Made by a program: the position numbers and the translations under genes
Notes under the pieces: generated by a model
Databases searched by the model: none
What the model saw: only the letters and a program-made list of their open reading frames with translations
What the model was told of the DNA's origin: nothing
In this document: piece after piece, positions 53,679 to 64,000 of the stretch
How positions within the stretch are numbered: position 1 is the first letter of the stretch
Layout of the letters: every line of letters begins with the position of its first letter
Assembly: GCA_963702425.1 (NCBI GenBank)
Contig: CAVPCQ010000006.1
Location: 224,001-288,000 of the forward strand
Reading direction: 5' to 3'
DNA: 64,000 nt
Source: an uncultured Acidobacteriota bacterium
GTDB taxonomy: Bacteria; Acidobacteriota; Polarisedimenticolia; J045

Positions 53679-55418
53679 TTACGGGCAGACCGCGATCTCC
53701 GCATCCCGCTTGGCGCTGCCCCAGGTCCCGACGCCGGCCCCGACCCGGGCCCGGACCAGGTAGTAGGCGCCGTCGCCCGCGGCCGGGTTGGGGGAGAAGT
53801 CGCCGTAGGTGGTCGCCGGCTGGTTGCACGACGGACCGGTCACGCCGGAGAAGTTCTTCGCCGAGCGCAGTACCGAGAGCACGCCGCGCGCGACGTCGTA
53901 GCCGGTGGCGTCGGGCGTCACGGCCCAGCGCAGCGTGCTCTTGTTGCTCGCCGGCAGGTCGAAACGGAGGTAGGTCACGTCGTTGATCGCGCCGGCCTTC
54001 GTGAAGTAGGTGTAGAAGAGCTGCTTGGTTCCGACCGTCCGCAGTCGCGCATAGGCGACGAGCGTGTCGTTCGAGGCGCTCCCCGCGACGACGGGAACGC
54101 CCTCGTTACGCCCCGCGATCGGGCGGCGCACCGGCTGCGGCTGCGAATACGTCGCGCCGGAGTCGTTCGAGACCGTGTAGTAGACCCGCCGCGCGTTGTA
54201 CGGTCCGTCGCGCAGCACCCGCCGCAGGCGGCCGTTCGGGATCGCGGCTAGGTCCCACTGGTCGGTCCCCGGCAGCAGCGAGCGGTCCGGATGCGTCTCG
54301 TTCGTCGTCAACCGCAGGTCGGTGCCGAAACTCGTCCCGCCGTTGGTCGAGCGGTCGGCGTAGAAGTCGGAGAACGACCACTCGCCGAGCGTGTCGGGAT
54401 CGCTCTCGACCCAGCCGGTCTGATAGAGGTTCGCGGCCGACTCGACGATCAGGGCGGGCAGCGTGATCGCACGGTTGGCTGGCGGGTTGGTGGCGCGGAT
54501 CGAGACCGAACTGCCCCAGGCCCCGCCGTCATTCGTGCTCTTCGCAAAGCCCACACGCCCGGTGAGCGTGTTGCTGCGGTGCGTCAGCATGACGGCGCCG
54601 TTCGAGTCCGCGACGCCGATCGAGGGCTGGCAGTTGCCGCTCGCTTTGATGTCCGCGGGGCTGCCCCAGTTCACGCCGCGGTCGCTGCTGCGCCGCTGGC
54701 GGACCACGGAGCTGCCACAGTTGTTGGTCGCGTCGTCGAAGTTGGTGTCCCAGACGATCCAGACGAAGCCGTTGCGAGCGGCGAGCGAGGCGACGCGCGT
54801 CGGAGGGGCGGGGCTGGGGATCGGGGCGATCTCGGACGGAAGCGAGAAGGTCGTCCCGCCGTTGGTGCTGCGCGCGTACTGGACCGAGAGGTTCGGCCGG
54901 ACCCACATCACGTGGATCACCCCCGTGTCGTCCACCGCCATCGAGGCCGTCCATTTCCAGAAGACCGTGCTGTTGACCGGCGTGGTGGTCGTCGCCGCCC
55001 AGGTCCCGCCGCCGTCGGTGCTCTTCACGACCCACAGGTTGCGCGGAGCCGTCGCCGGGTCCACCGCGGCGGGATCGGCCGTCCCCACGAGCAGGTAGAG
55101 GTTCGTGCCCGAGGCGGCGATCGAGAGCGGGAACTTGTCGTAGTCCAGCGCCGGCTCGAGGCCCGGCAGTTCGACCTCGGGGCCGAAGGTCAGCGGCCCG
55201 CCCTCGTCGAAGTCGTCACAGACGTCGCCCAGACCGTCGCTGTCGTTGTCGGCCTGGTTGGCGTTGGCGGCGTAGACACAGTTGTCGCGCTCGTCGGGAA
55301 CCCCGTCGTTGTCGTAGTCACCGGGGGCGGCGAACGCGGGCGACGGGCAGAGCACAAGAGCGCACGCCACGAGGGCGCCCACGGCGATCGGAAACAGCGC
55401 GCGAAGAGACGAAGACAC
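53679..55418 (-). CDS. Secreted protein with TSP3-like Ca-binding repeat, BNR/Asp-box propeller and C-terminal FN3-like module
   Basis: GTG after AGGAGG; signal peptide; DYDNDGVPDERDNC..NQADNDSDGLGDVCD; six S-x-[D/N]-x-G-x-[T/S/N/A]-[W/F/Y] Asp-boxes. Confidence 0.8.
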   Translation of the reverse strand: MSSSLRALFPIAVGALVACALVLCPSPAFAAPGDYDNDGVPDERDNCVYAANANQADNDSDGLGDVCDDFDEGGPLTFGPEVELPGLEPALDYDKFPLSIAASGTNLYLLVGTADPAAVDPATAPRNLWVVKSTDGGGTWAATTTTPVNSTVFWKWTASMAVDDTGVIHVMWVRPNLSVQYARSTNGGTTFSLPSEIAPIPSPAPPTRVASLAARNGFVWIVWDTNFDDATNNCGSSVVRQRRSSDRGVNWGSPADIKASGNCQPSIGVADSNGAVMLTHRSNTLTGRVGFAKSTNDGGAWGSSVSIRATNPPANRAITLPALIVESAANLYQTGWVESDPDTLGEWSFSDFYADRSTNGGTSFGTDLRLTTNETHPDRSLLPGTDQWDLAAIPNGRLRRVLRDGPYNARRVYYTVSNDSGATYSQPQPVRRPIAGRNEGVPVVAGSASNDTLVAYARLRTVGTKQLFYTYFTKAGAINDVTYLRFDLPASNKSTLRWAVTPDATGYDVARGVLSVLRSAKNFSGVTGPSCNQPATTYGDFSPNPAAGDGAYYLVRARVGAGVGTWGSAKRDAEIAVCP

Positions 55419-55566
55419 CGGACCTCCTACCCGGCCGGAACGCACCCCCCCGAGGGTGCCCGGCCGGCGTCCGTGCCCTTGGTGTACCGCGAATCCGCGA
55501 ATCCGCAAGGCGCCGGGCCGATTCGGGCATCCGCCGGCGTTCGCAGCCCGCGCTAGACTGCCCCCG

Positions 55567-56706
55567 ATGTCCGAACGGCAGAGCGGCCCTTCCCTGGAGA
55601 GTGCCCTCCGCGCGCTGGGCGCGGTGCGCGCAGATCTCGCCCTCCCCGATCCGGCCGAGCCCGGCGCCGTCCGCTGCGTCGCCTGCGCCCACCGCTGCCT
55701 CTTGCGGCCCGGGCGCGCCGGGATCTGCAAGGTCCGCTTCCACACCGAGGGCGCGTTGCTCGTGCCGTGGGGCTACACCGCCGGCGGCCTGTCCCCCGAC
55801 CCGATCGAGAAGAAGCCCTTCTTCCACGTGCGGCCGGGGTCGATCGCGCTCTCCTTCGGGATGCTCGGCTGCGACATGCACTGCAGCTACTGCCAGAACT
55901 GGTACACCTCGCAGGCGCTGCGCGACCCCTACGCCGGCGTGCCGGTCGCGCCCGCGGAGCCGGAGGCGATCGTCGAGACCGCGCGGCGGACCGGGGCGAC
56001 GGCGGTCGTCAGCACCTACAACGAACCGCTCATCACGGCCGAGTGGGCGGCTTCGGTCTTCGACGCCTGCCGCGCCGCCGGCCTGCTCACCGGCTTCGTC
56101 AGCAACGGCAACGCGACGCCCGAGGTGCTCGACTACCTCGCACCGCGCCTCGACCTCTTCAAGGTGGACCTCAAGTGCTTCGACGATCGCGCCTACCGCC
56201 GGCTCGGGGCGGTGCTGGCCAACGTCTGCGCGACGATCGAGGGCGCCGTCGCGCGCGGCCTGTGGGTCGAGGTCGTCACGCTGCTCGTCCCCGGCTTCAA
56301 CGACGACCCGGGCCAGCTCGCCGCGCTGACCCGTTTTCTGGCGCACATCTCCCCCGACATCCCCTGGCACGTGACCGCGTTCCGGCCGACCTACCGGTTG
56401 CAGGATCGCGGTGCGACCTCGCCGGACGACCTGGCCCGGGCCGTGGCGATCGGGCGCGAGGCCGGCCTGCGCTATGTCTACGCCGGAAACGTGCCGGGAC
56501 TGGCCGACGAGTCGACGCATTGCCCGGGCTGCGGGGCGCTGCTGATCGAGCGCCGGGGCTTCTCCGTGCGCGGCGTCGCGCTGGCCGACGACGGCCGCTG
56601 TCCGCGCTGCGCGTGGCCGGTCCCCGGGATCTGGCCGCAAGGGCGCGTCGCGCTGTCACGCGAGCGGAGCGGTTCTGGCCGAAACGGAATGTCACATCGA
56701 GGCTAG
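55567..56706 (+). CDS. amrS: AmmeMemoRadiSam-system radical SAM enzyme (PFL-activase-like)
   Basis: CVACAHRC..GICKVR, DPIEKKPFFH, GCDMHCSYCQNW, TYNEP, YVYAGN..CPGC. Confidence 0.85.
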   Translation: MSERQSGPSLESALRALGAVRADLALPDPAEPGAVRCVACAHRCLLRPGRAGICKVRFHTEGALLVPWGYTAGGLSPDPIEKKPFFHVRPGSIALSFGMLGCDMHCSYCQNWYTSQALRDPYAGVPVAPAEPEAIVETARRTGATAVVSTYNEPLITAEWAASVFDACRAAGLLTGFVSNGNATPEVLDYLAPRLDLFKVDLKCFDDRAYRRLGAVLANVCATIEGAVARGLWVEVVTLLVPGFNDDPGQLAALTRFLAHISPDIPWHVTAFRPTYRLQDRGATSPDDLARAVAIGREAGLRYVYAGNVPGLADESTHCPGCGALLIERRGFSVRGVALADDGRCPRCAWPVPGIWPQGRVALSRERSGSGRNGMSHRG

Positions 56707-57686
56707 TTCGGCACGAACTCGCCGAACCCCTGGGCCTCGAACTCGCGCAGCAGCGCGTCGCGTGCCGGCACGCCCGGGGCGTCACCCCAGAGCGAGGCCC
56801 AGCGGACGCATCTCTTGAGGCGGTAGCGCTGCACGCTGTCGGGCCCCTTCGGACCGACGCTCGCCTCGGTGTCCTCGCAGAGCCAGGCCCAGCGCTCGGG
56901 ATTGCCCCCCTGCTTCTCGCGCGAGGAGAGCACCGCGCCGTCGCGCTCGACGCTCCAGGCCAGGGCCGGCCGTGGGAGCCCGAGCCAGTCCTCCGCGTAC
57001 TCGACCTTCACCGCGAGCGGCGGGCCGGGCGGAACCTCGATTGCGATCGGCTCCGCGGCGACGCGCGTGTCGAACGTCCACACGCCGTCGTCTTCGTGGG
57101 GGCGCTCGCGGAGCGCCCAGATCACGGACGTCCCCGGCGGAAGCGGACGCTCGAAGGTGACCGTCGCGCGCCGGTCGTTCGCGCGGCTCCCGGGGATGCG
57201 CAGCAACAACCGACCGTCCAGGTAGAGCGCGAGGTCGGGAGGCTTTTCGTCCACCTCCGAGGCCACTCGATAGGAGACGGTCCAGCGCACGGAAACCGGG
57301 ACGGTCGGGTCGGCGACCGGAGCGGCGGCCGGCGGCGCCGGCACCACCGCGGGGGCCACCGTGGGGGCCACCGCCGGCGCGGCTGCCGCCGGGGGCGGCA
57401 CGCCACCGAGCGCAATCAACTCGGAGACCACGCGCTGTGGAACCTTCGCCCGGCTCAGGCCGATCAGATCATCGGGAGACAGGGGCGCGACCGCGGGGCG
57501 CGTCTTCTGCAGCCACTCGACGATCGCATCCTCGGAGACGCCCGCACCCGTCATCCGCAGCACGTCCGCCAGAACCGGGTCGCGGGGAACGTACGGGGCC
57601 GGCCCCGGCGCTTCTTCCGCCCGGTGCGCGGCGACGCCGCCGAAGAACAGACATACCAACAGGACCGACCGCGCCGCCCTTATCAT
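56703..57686 (-). CDS. Exported hypothetical protein
   Basis: Signal peptide; VLRMTGAGVSEDAIV..LSPDDLIGLSRAKVPQRVV helical module; Pro/Ala linker; beta-rich domain. Confidence 0.6.
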   Translation of the reverse strand: MIRAARSVLLVCLFFGGVAAHRAEEAPGPAPYVPRDPVLADVLRMTGAGVSEDAIVEWLQKTRPAVAPLSPDDLIGLSRAKVPQRVVSELIALGGVPPPAAAAPAVAPTVAPAVVPAPPAAAPVADPTVPVSVRWTVSYRVASEVDEKPPDLALYLDGRLLLRIPGSRANDRRATVTFERPLPPGTSVIWALRERPHEDDGVWTFDTRVAAEPIAIEVPPGPPLAVKVEYAEDWLGLPRPALAWSVERDGAVLSSREKQGGNPERWAWLCEDTEASVGPKGPDSVQRYRLKRCVRWASLWGDAPGVPARDALLREFEAQGFGEFVPN

Positions 57687-57706
57687 CGCAACTCCTGCCG
57701 CGGCGC

Positions 57707-58408
57707 TCACCGCTGGCCGCCGCCGCTCAGCCCCCGGACCGCCTCGCGCACGAGAACCGGCAGCGCGCCCGCCACCTCCCCGGCCGAGGCGGCCGGGAAG
57801 CTCGCGCGCCGCTGGGCCACGACGCGCTGCGAGCCGAGGTCGACGGCCAGCAGGTCGAGCGTCAGCGTGCCGTCCAATCCTCCGGTCTGCGGGACGACGT
57901 AGTCCGGCCTCCCCTCGGGCAGGCTCGGCAGGTGATCCGGCGGCAGCGGGAGGAAGCCATCCTCGCGCGGCGACACGCCCGCGCGGGTCAGCACCGGGAG
58001 GATCGCAGACTGCGCTCCGCGCAGCGCGGGATCGTTGGCCGCCGCGCCGAGGGGCAGCTCGGTCCCGGCCCGGTAGCGGCCGTTCCCCTTGCCGCGCTGC
58101 CGCTGCCAGGCCGCGAGCAGCGTGGCGCGCAGCGGGTCGAGGGCCTGGTCGGCAGCGCGGTCGCTGACCGACACCCCCGCCCCCTCGAGCGCCGTCCGCA
58201 GCTCGTACTGCAGCAGTTGCCCGATCTCCGCGTCGTCGATCGCGCTGTCGGGCGCGGCGGCCCGCACCTCCGGGGCGAGCAGAAGCGTCTGCCCCGGCAG
58301 CGCGCGCGGCGTGTCCAGGATCGGCGCGCCGCCGCCGGCGCAGCCGGCGAGGACCAGCAGCCCCGCCGCCAGCCCCGCGGGCCCCTTGGCCTCCCTCCAA
58401 CCTCGCAT
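57707..58408 (-). CDS. Putative lipoprotein
   Basis: Lipobox LLVLAG-C. Confidence 0.6.
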   Translation of the reverse strand: MRGWREAKGPAGLAAGLLVLAGCAGGGAPILDTPRALPGQTLLLAPEVRAAAPDSAIDDAEIGQLLQYELRTALEGAGVSVSDRAADQALDPLRATLLAAWQRQRGKGNGRYRAGTELPLGAAANDPALRGAQSAILPVLTRAGVSPREDGFLPLPPDHLPSLPEGRPDYVVPQTGGLDGTLTLDLLAVDLGSQRVVAQRRASFPAASAGEVAGALPVLVREAVRGLSGGGQR

Positions 58409-58526
58409 CGCCACCCTGGCCTCGCTTTCGCCGGCTCCGCCGCGGAGCGCCGGGGCCCGCCCCGTGCGGGCCTGTCCCCCCGCGCGAGTATAGAATCCGC
58501 GTCCCCCCCTTGGGAGGTTCACCCGC

Positions 58527-60050
58527 ATGGACACGCGTACGATTCTCGAGCGCCTCGGCCTGTCCGGCGAGGTCCTCGACGGCCTCGGCGGCGGACGCGA
58601 TCGCGAGGCCGCCGCCGGCCCGCTCACCACCTCGGTCAACCCCGCGACCGGCGAGACGATCGCCACGATCCGTACGGCGACGGCCGAGCAGGTCGAGCGG
58701 GCGATCGGCCGCGCCCACGAGACCTTCCTCGGCTGGCGCACCGTTCCCGCGCCGCGCCGCGGCGAACTGGTGCGCGAACTCGGCAACGCGCTGCGCGAGA
58801 AGAAGGAAGAGCTCGGCGCGCTGGTCTCGCTGGAGATGGGCAAGATCATCATCGAGGGCCGCGGCGAAGTGCAGGAGATGATCGACATCTGCGACTTCTC
58901 GGTCGGCCTGTCGCGCCAGCTCTACGGCCTGACGATGGCCAGCGAGCGGCCCGGTCACCACCTGCGCGAGATGTGGCACCCGCTCGGCGTCGTGGGGATC
59001 GTCAGCGCGTTCAACTTCCCGGTCGCGGTCTGGAGCTGGAACTCCGCGATCGCCGCCGTCTGCGGCGACACGATGGTCTGGAAGCCCGCCTCCGACACGC
59101 CGCTGACGGCGATCGCGGTGCAGCGGATCTGCGACGAGGTGATGGCGAAGCACGACGCGTGGGGCGTGTTCAACCTCGTGATCGGTCCGGGCCGCTCGGT
59201 CGGCGAAACGCTGGTCAAGGACCCGCGGATCCCGCTGATCTCCGCCACCGGGTCGTGCACGATGGGGCGCCGCATCGCGTCCGTCGTCAACGACCGCTTC
59301 GGCCGGATGATCCTCGAACTCGGCGGGAACAACGCCCTGGCGGTGATGGACGACGCGGACCTGGACCTGGCCGTGCGGGCCGTGCTCTTCGGGGCCGTTG
59401 GAACCGCCGGGCAGCGCTGCACGACGACGCGGCGCCTGCTGCTCCAGAAAGGGATCGCCAAGCCCTTCCTCGAGCGGCTGGTCAAGGCCTACAAGCAGGT
59501 GCGGATCGGCGATCCGCTCGACCCCTCGACCGTGATGGGGCCGCTGGTCAACGCCCAGGCGATCGACGACATGATGGCGGCGCTCGAGGTGGTGCGGAAG
59601 CAGAACGGCGAGATCCTCACCGGCGGCCACCGGCTCGACCGGCCGGGCTTCTTCGTCGAGCCGACGATCGTCCGGGCACGGGCCGACATGCCGATCGTCG
59701 CCGAGGAGACCTTCGCCCCGATCCTCTACGCGATCGAGGTGGCCGACGTCGACGAGGCGATCCGGGTCAACAACATGGTCCCGCAGGGGCTCTCGTCGGC
59801 GATCTTCACCAACAGCCTGCGCGACGCCGAGAAGTGGACCTCGGCCGCCGGCAGCGACTGCGGGATCGCCAACGTCAACGCCGGCACCTCGGGCGCCGAG
59901 ATCGGCGGGGCATTCGGCGGTGAGAAGGAGACGGGCGGCGGCCGCGAGGCCGGGTCGGACTCCTGGAAGGCCTACATGCGCCGCCAGACCTGCACGATCA
60001 ACTACGGGCGCGACCTGCCCCTGTCGCAGGGGATCCACTTCGGGGACTGA
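58527..60050 (+). CDS. Aldehyde dehydrogenase family 7 (aminoadipate semialdehyde / P6C dehydrogenase-like)
   Basis: GEVQEMIDICDF..GLSRQLYG, SAFNFP, LELGGNN, GTAGQRCT, GGGREAGSDSWK. Confidence 0.92.
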   Translation: MDTRTILERLGLSGEVLDGLGGGRDREAAAGPLTTSVNPATGETIATIRTATAEQVERAIGRAHETFLGWRTVPAPRRGELVRELGNALREKKEELGALVSLEMGKIIIEGRGEVQEMIDICDFSVGLSRQLYGLTMASERPGHHLREMWHPLGVVGIVSAFNFPVAVWSWNSAIAAVCGDTMVWKPASDTPLTAIAVQRICDEVMAKHDAWGVFNLVIGPGRSVGETLVKDPRIPLISATGSCTMGRRIASVVNDRFGRMILELGGNNALAVMDDADLDLAVRAVLFGAVGTAGQRCTTTRRLLLQKGIAKPFLERLVKAYKQVRIGDPLDPSTVMGPLVNAQAIDDMMAALEVVRKQNGEILTGGHRLDRPGFFVEPTIVRARADMPIVAEETFAPILYAIEVADVDEAIRVNNMVPQGLSSAIFTNSLRDAEKWTSAAGSDCGIANVNAGTSGAEIGGAFGGEKETGGGREAGSDSWKAYMRRQTCTINYGRDLPLSQGIHFGD

Positions 60051-60073
60051 GGGGGGCGGAGCCCGGCGGGCGG

Positions 60074-60096
60074 GGGCGGGACGGTCCGTCCCGCCC
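60074..60096. terminator. GC-rich inverted repeat after the ALDH gene
   Basis: GGGCGGGACGG-T-CCGTCCCGCCC; there is no U tract. Confidence 0.4.
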
Positions 60097-60273
60097 TGGC
60101 GGCTCCCGGCCCTGGGACGCGGGTGCCCGCCCGAAGGGGGGTTGGCGGGCGAACGCCTCCGGAAACTAGGTTAGGATGGTAGGACGTGGTGCCCACGCGT
60201 GGGGCATCGCCGCGGCGTCCGGGGGGACCGGACTCCGCAGAGGCCGCGTAGACTGGAGGCAAGACCGCCCCGG

Positions 60274-60852
60274 ATGAGCCCAGAGCATCAGGAACGTCAC
60301 GATCTTCCGCAGGTTCGGATCAACGAACGGATTCACTTCTCTCCCGTCCGCCTGATCGACGAGGAAGGTGGCCAGGTCGGCATCGTCCCCGTCGAAGACG
60401 CGCTGCGCATGGCGCAGGAGCGCGGACTGGACCTCGTCGAGGTCGCTCCCGACGCCCGGCCGGTCGTCTGCCGCATCATGGACTTCGGTCGCTTCCGGTT
60501 CGAGCAGCAGAAGAAGGCGCGGGCGGCGAGCAAGAAGCAGCACACCGTCGAGATCAAGCAGATCAAGTACCGTCCGGCGATCGACGACCACGACTTCGAG
60601 ACCAAGACGAAGAAGGTCCGCGATTTCCTCTCCGAGGGTCACAAGGTCCGCGTCACCGTGATGTTCCGCCGCCGCGACATGCGCCGGCCGGAGAACGGCC
60701 AGCGCGTGCTGCAGCAGGTGATCGACACGGTGCAGGACGTCGGCCAGGTCGAGGACCGCTCGCGGATGGACACCGGCCGCGACCTCTCCGTCACGATCGC
60801 GCCCGCCAGAAAGGCGGAAGCTCCCGCCAAGGGAAGCGAGGCCCGCGCGTAG
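60274..60852 (+). CDS. infC: Translation initiation factor IF-3
   Basis: RINERI..VRLID, LDLVEVAP..PVVCRIMDFG, IDDHDFETK, GHKVRV. Start codon uncertain. Confidence 0.95.
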   Translation: MSPEHQERHDLPQVRINERIHFSPVRLIDEEGGQVGIVPVEDALRMAQERGLDLVEVAPDARPVVCRIMDFGRFRFEQQKKARAASKKQHTVEIKQIKYRPAIDDHDFETKTKKVRDFLSEGHKVRVTVMFRRRDMRRPENGQRVLQQVIDTVQDVGQVEDRSRMDTGRDLSVTIAPARKAEAPAKGSEARA

Positions 60853-60871
60853 CCGCGGAGACCCGGCCGCC

Positions 60872-62564
60872 TCAGCGACTGGGAGATCCCGCGGCCTGCG
60901 CCACCATGCGCGCCGCCTCCGTGCCCGCGGCGCGGAAGCGGTCGAGTTCTGCCCGATCGAGCCTTGCCAGCAGCGTCACGGCACCCGCGGTGTCCCCGGA
61001 GATGCGCTGCACCCAGGCCGAGACGAGCGTCCAGGCCGGGCTCCGTTGCGCTTCGGGGATTCGCTGCAGCAGGCTCCGCGCGGCGACGAACTGCCCGGCG
61101 CCGGCGGCGCGGGACGCGGCCCGCAGGTCGGCCACCGCGGCAAGGTGCGCCAGCCCATCGATCTCCGCGAGCAGGGCCTTCAGTGAACGCGCGTCAGGTT
61201 CGGCCCGGCAAGCCCGCTCGTCGGGACCGGTTGCGTCCGAGCACCCGGCGCGCCGCGTCGAGGTCCTCGGGATCGCGCTCGACCAGCGGACGGCAGGCGG
61301 CCCGGTGCAGGTCGACGAAGAGCCGGCGCTGGAAGTTCGCCCGCGCCGTGTCCCCGTCGAGGGCGCGGGCCTCGCGCGCCAGGACCGCGGCGTCGTCTCC
61401 GGTGACGGCCGCGACCTCGCGCGCCAGTCCGGCCAGCGACGCGTTGGCTCCGGGCGCTGGCTCCGGCGTTGCCTCTTTCGCGGCGGCGGGCGCCGCACGG
61501 CCCCGTTTGCCCTTAGGGCCGGCGTCGGACGCCACCATGCGGGCGTCGTTCGCGACCGCCGGGACGACCGGGGCGGGTGGCTCGAGGACCGCGGCGAGGC
61601 GCGCCATCGCGTCGATCGCGGAGGTGCTCGCACCGAACTGGCGTCCGCCCGCGTCGGCCCGCGCCATCGCACCGAGTTCGCGCGCGAGCCGGTCGGCTGC
61701 GCCCGGGTCGGCGACCGGCTTCCCGCGGCGCGCACGCTCGCCCGGCAAGCGGCGTCCGAGGCAGTCGAGCGCCAGCGGCGCGGCCTCGCGCACGAGGTAG
61801 CCTCGCCACTGGTCTTCGAGCAGTTCCCCGCGCAGCAGCTCGCCGCCGCAGTTCTGCGGTACGCCGCCGACGGGGCCCCAGGCCTGGACGACGACGCGCC
61901 GGAGCTCGGCGAGCGCGGGCTGCGACGCGATCCAGCGCTGGCGCTGCGCGTAGCGCTGCAGCGCGCCGCGCTGGCCCGCGAGCCGCGCGGGATCGGCCGC
62001 CGCGACGCCGGCCGAGCGCGCCGCGGCAATCAGCGCGCGGGATTCGCGGTCGGCCGCGCCACCGAGGATCGGACCCGCGTCGACGTCGGGAACACGCGCC
62101 GCGAGGGCCAGTGCCGCGCGTCCCGCGTCGAGGTCAGACTGCCGTCGATCGGCCTCCCAGCGGGCGAGTTCGTCGGCTGCCAGGCCGCAGGTGCCGCCCG
62201 CCGCCAGTCGGTCGGCCGCGCGGACCAGCCGCGCCACCGCCTGCACGCGCTCGACCTCGCTCGCCGCCGGCCAGGCCTGCACCAGCGCCCCCCGAGCCGC
62301 CAGCCAGGCGCACCGGAGATCGTCGTCGCAGTCGCCGATCCGCTCCGCGCGCTCGCGGCATCGCCCCGGCAACTTGGCCACAGCGGCGACCGCCTCCGCC
62401 GCAGCGGGCGCGCCGTCGAGCACCGCGCCCAGGTCGATCGCCCGCAGCGGCGTCGCCGCCTCGCGGTCCGCGGTCGCCTTGCCAGAGAGGGAGATGGCCC
62501 GGGCCGAGGCGCCCGCGAGGAGCGTCAGCACGGCCACCAGCAGGATTCGGGAACGGCTGCTCAT
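60872..62564 (-). CDS. Exported helical hypothetical protein; apparent frameshift near 61230
   Basis: Signal peptide in ORF 61194-62564. A plausible helical C-terminus continues in the frame ending at 60872. Confidence 0.5.
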
Positions 62565-63983
62565 CGGGCCTCCCGCGGCTTCGCCGCGTCGGCGGCGACC
62601 AGCTGCTCGACCGCGCGCGCCGCGTCGTCCGCCCCGAGCCGGACGCCGGCGCGGTAGCTGGCGGCGGCGCGGTCGAGCGCCACGATCGTGCTTTTCAGGC
62701 GCGTCGCGAGCGCCGGGTCGTCCTGCCTTTGGGCGACCTCTTCGAGCTCCGCCAGCGCACCACGCGCGAGCTGGTCGGCTTCCTGCGGCACGCCCCCCTG
62801 CGCCGCAGCGTCGCGCTTCTGGGCCACGAGGCGATCACGCTCCTGCTGCACCATGCGGCCGAGGTGATTCCCGATCAGCGCCTCGATCCACGCGCCGCGC
62901 CGGCCGCTTTCGCGCTGCTCCGCCAGCCAGACGGCGGCGCCGCGCTCGCCGTCGCGCGCGGCGCGCATCATTGCTTCCGTCCGAGCCTTGCCTTCTTCCG
63001 GCGACGGCCGCAGCGCACCGAGGACGAGCATCACGACCAGTCCGAGCGCGGCCACGCCCGCGCCCCCCGCCGCGAGCATGCGCCACGACGGGAGCTTCCC
63101 TCCCCCGACCATCTGCCGCGCCTGCTTGCGGGCCTGGCGCATCAGGGGACCGGCTTCCTCCTCCGAGGCCCCGAGCCGGATCGCTTCGCGGCAGGCCGCG
63201 ACCGCACCGAGCGGGTCCCCGGCCTGGAGCATCGCGGCCGCCTGGTCCAGGTGGGTGACGACCTTGCGCTCGAGGCGCGATGAGCGCGTCGGCCGCCCGC
63301 CGTGCGTCCTGGTGCTCCGCCGAGCCCCCGCTCGCACTCCACTGCGCGAGGGCCTGGCGCAGGCCGGGCAGGTGGTCGGCCCGAGTCGCCGCGCGCAGCG
63401 CCGCCGCCTCGGGGCTCTGGTCGACCACGAGCGGCCCGGTCAGAGAGGGCTCGTCGGGTCCCCGCTCCCGCACCCCCGCCGCCGACGCCAGCGCCGCCAG
63501 CGCCGCCTGGTCCTCGCTGACCCGGTCCCGGGTGTCCTCGCCGATCAGTCCCCAGCCGGCGACCGCGACCCCTTCGGCGCCGCAAACCACGCGATCGGCC
63601 GCGAGCTGGCCGTGGACCCAGCCGTGCTGGTGGGCCTGGCCAACACGCTTCTTCAGCTCAGCCAGGGCACCGAGCGCGGCGCCGCCCCCCTGGGCGATCC
63701 GCTCCGACAGCCGCTCGCCGTCCGGCACCTCGTCCAGCACGACCCGGCCGAAGGCCGGGTCCCTCAGGACGCGGCGCACGGTCCCCCAGAGCGCTTCCTG
63801 GTCGACGTCGAGGGCCGGGGCCGGGGCCGACTCCGGGAGGAAGAAGACGATCGCGACGCCGCGGCCGGCCCCCTGGGCCAGGGCCGCGGGGATCCCGCCG
63901 AGTGTCTCCAGCACACCCACCAGCGTCCAGTTTCCCGCGATGGTCGCGCCGGGTGCGAGTTCGAGGGTTGTCTCCGTCGGCAC
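62561..63983 (-). CDS. Membrane protein with degenerate Ser/Thr-kinase-like N-terminus; apparent frameshift near 63280
   Basis: VVLDEVPDGERLSERI, AHQHGWVHGQL, VAGWGL, then a TPR-like part and a TM helix in ORF 62561-63337. Confidence 0.55.
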
Positions 63984-64000
63984 ACGAACCTCCCACGGCC

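Overview
Very GC-rich bacterial chromosomal window with overlapping stop/start gene packing. Several single-base frameshifts look like long-read consensus errors. Most of it is housekeeping: uvrB/uvrC, class I lysyl-tRNA synthetase, an asd-lysC-dapB-dapA-dapD-aminotransferase operon, a hemA-C-D-B-L-(sensor kinase, response regulator)-hemE-hemN-hemY operon, rnd, infC, mrp and others, mixed with TPR, secreted and hypothetical genes. The main discovery is a 38-aa ORF missing from the ORF track (10121-10237, minus; MKKVYEKPRVLFVEKVEARAVGCALADANTCSDGPIQS). It has a strong RBS, a YxxP-type leader and a two-Cys core with a CX3D motif. It lies directly downstream of a stand-alone PqqD/RRE gene and a radical SAM enzyme with a reduced SPASM region, and is followed by a UUCG terminator and a large gingipain-like (C25) FN3 protease. 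An HPr-kinase-like gene lies about 4 kb upstream. This looks like an uncharacterised radical-SAM RiPP system. No rRNA, tRNA, CRISPR array or transposase was seen; one GTAG-type REP cluster is present. All calls come from reading motifs by eye; no searches were run.
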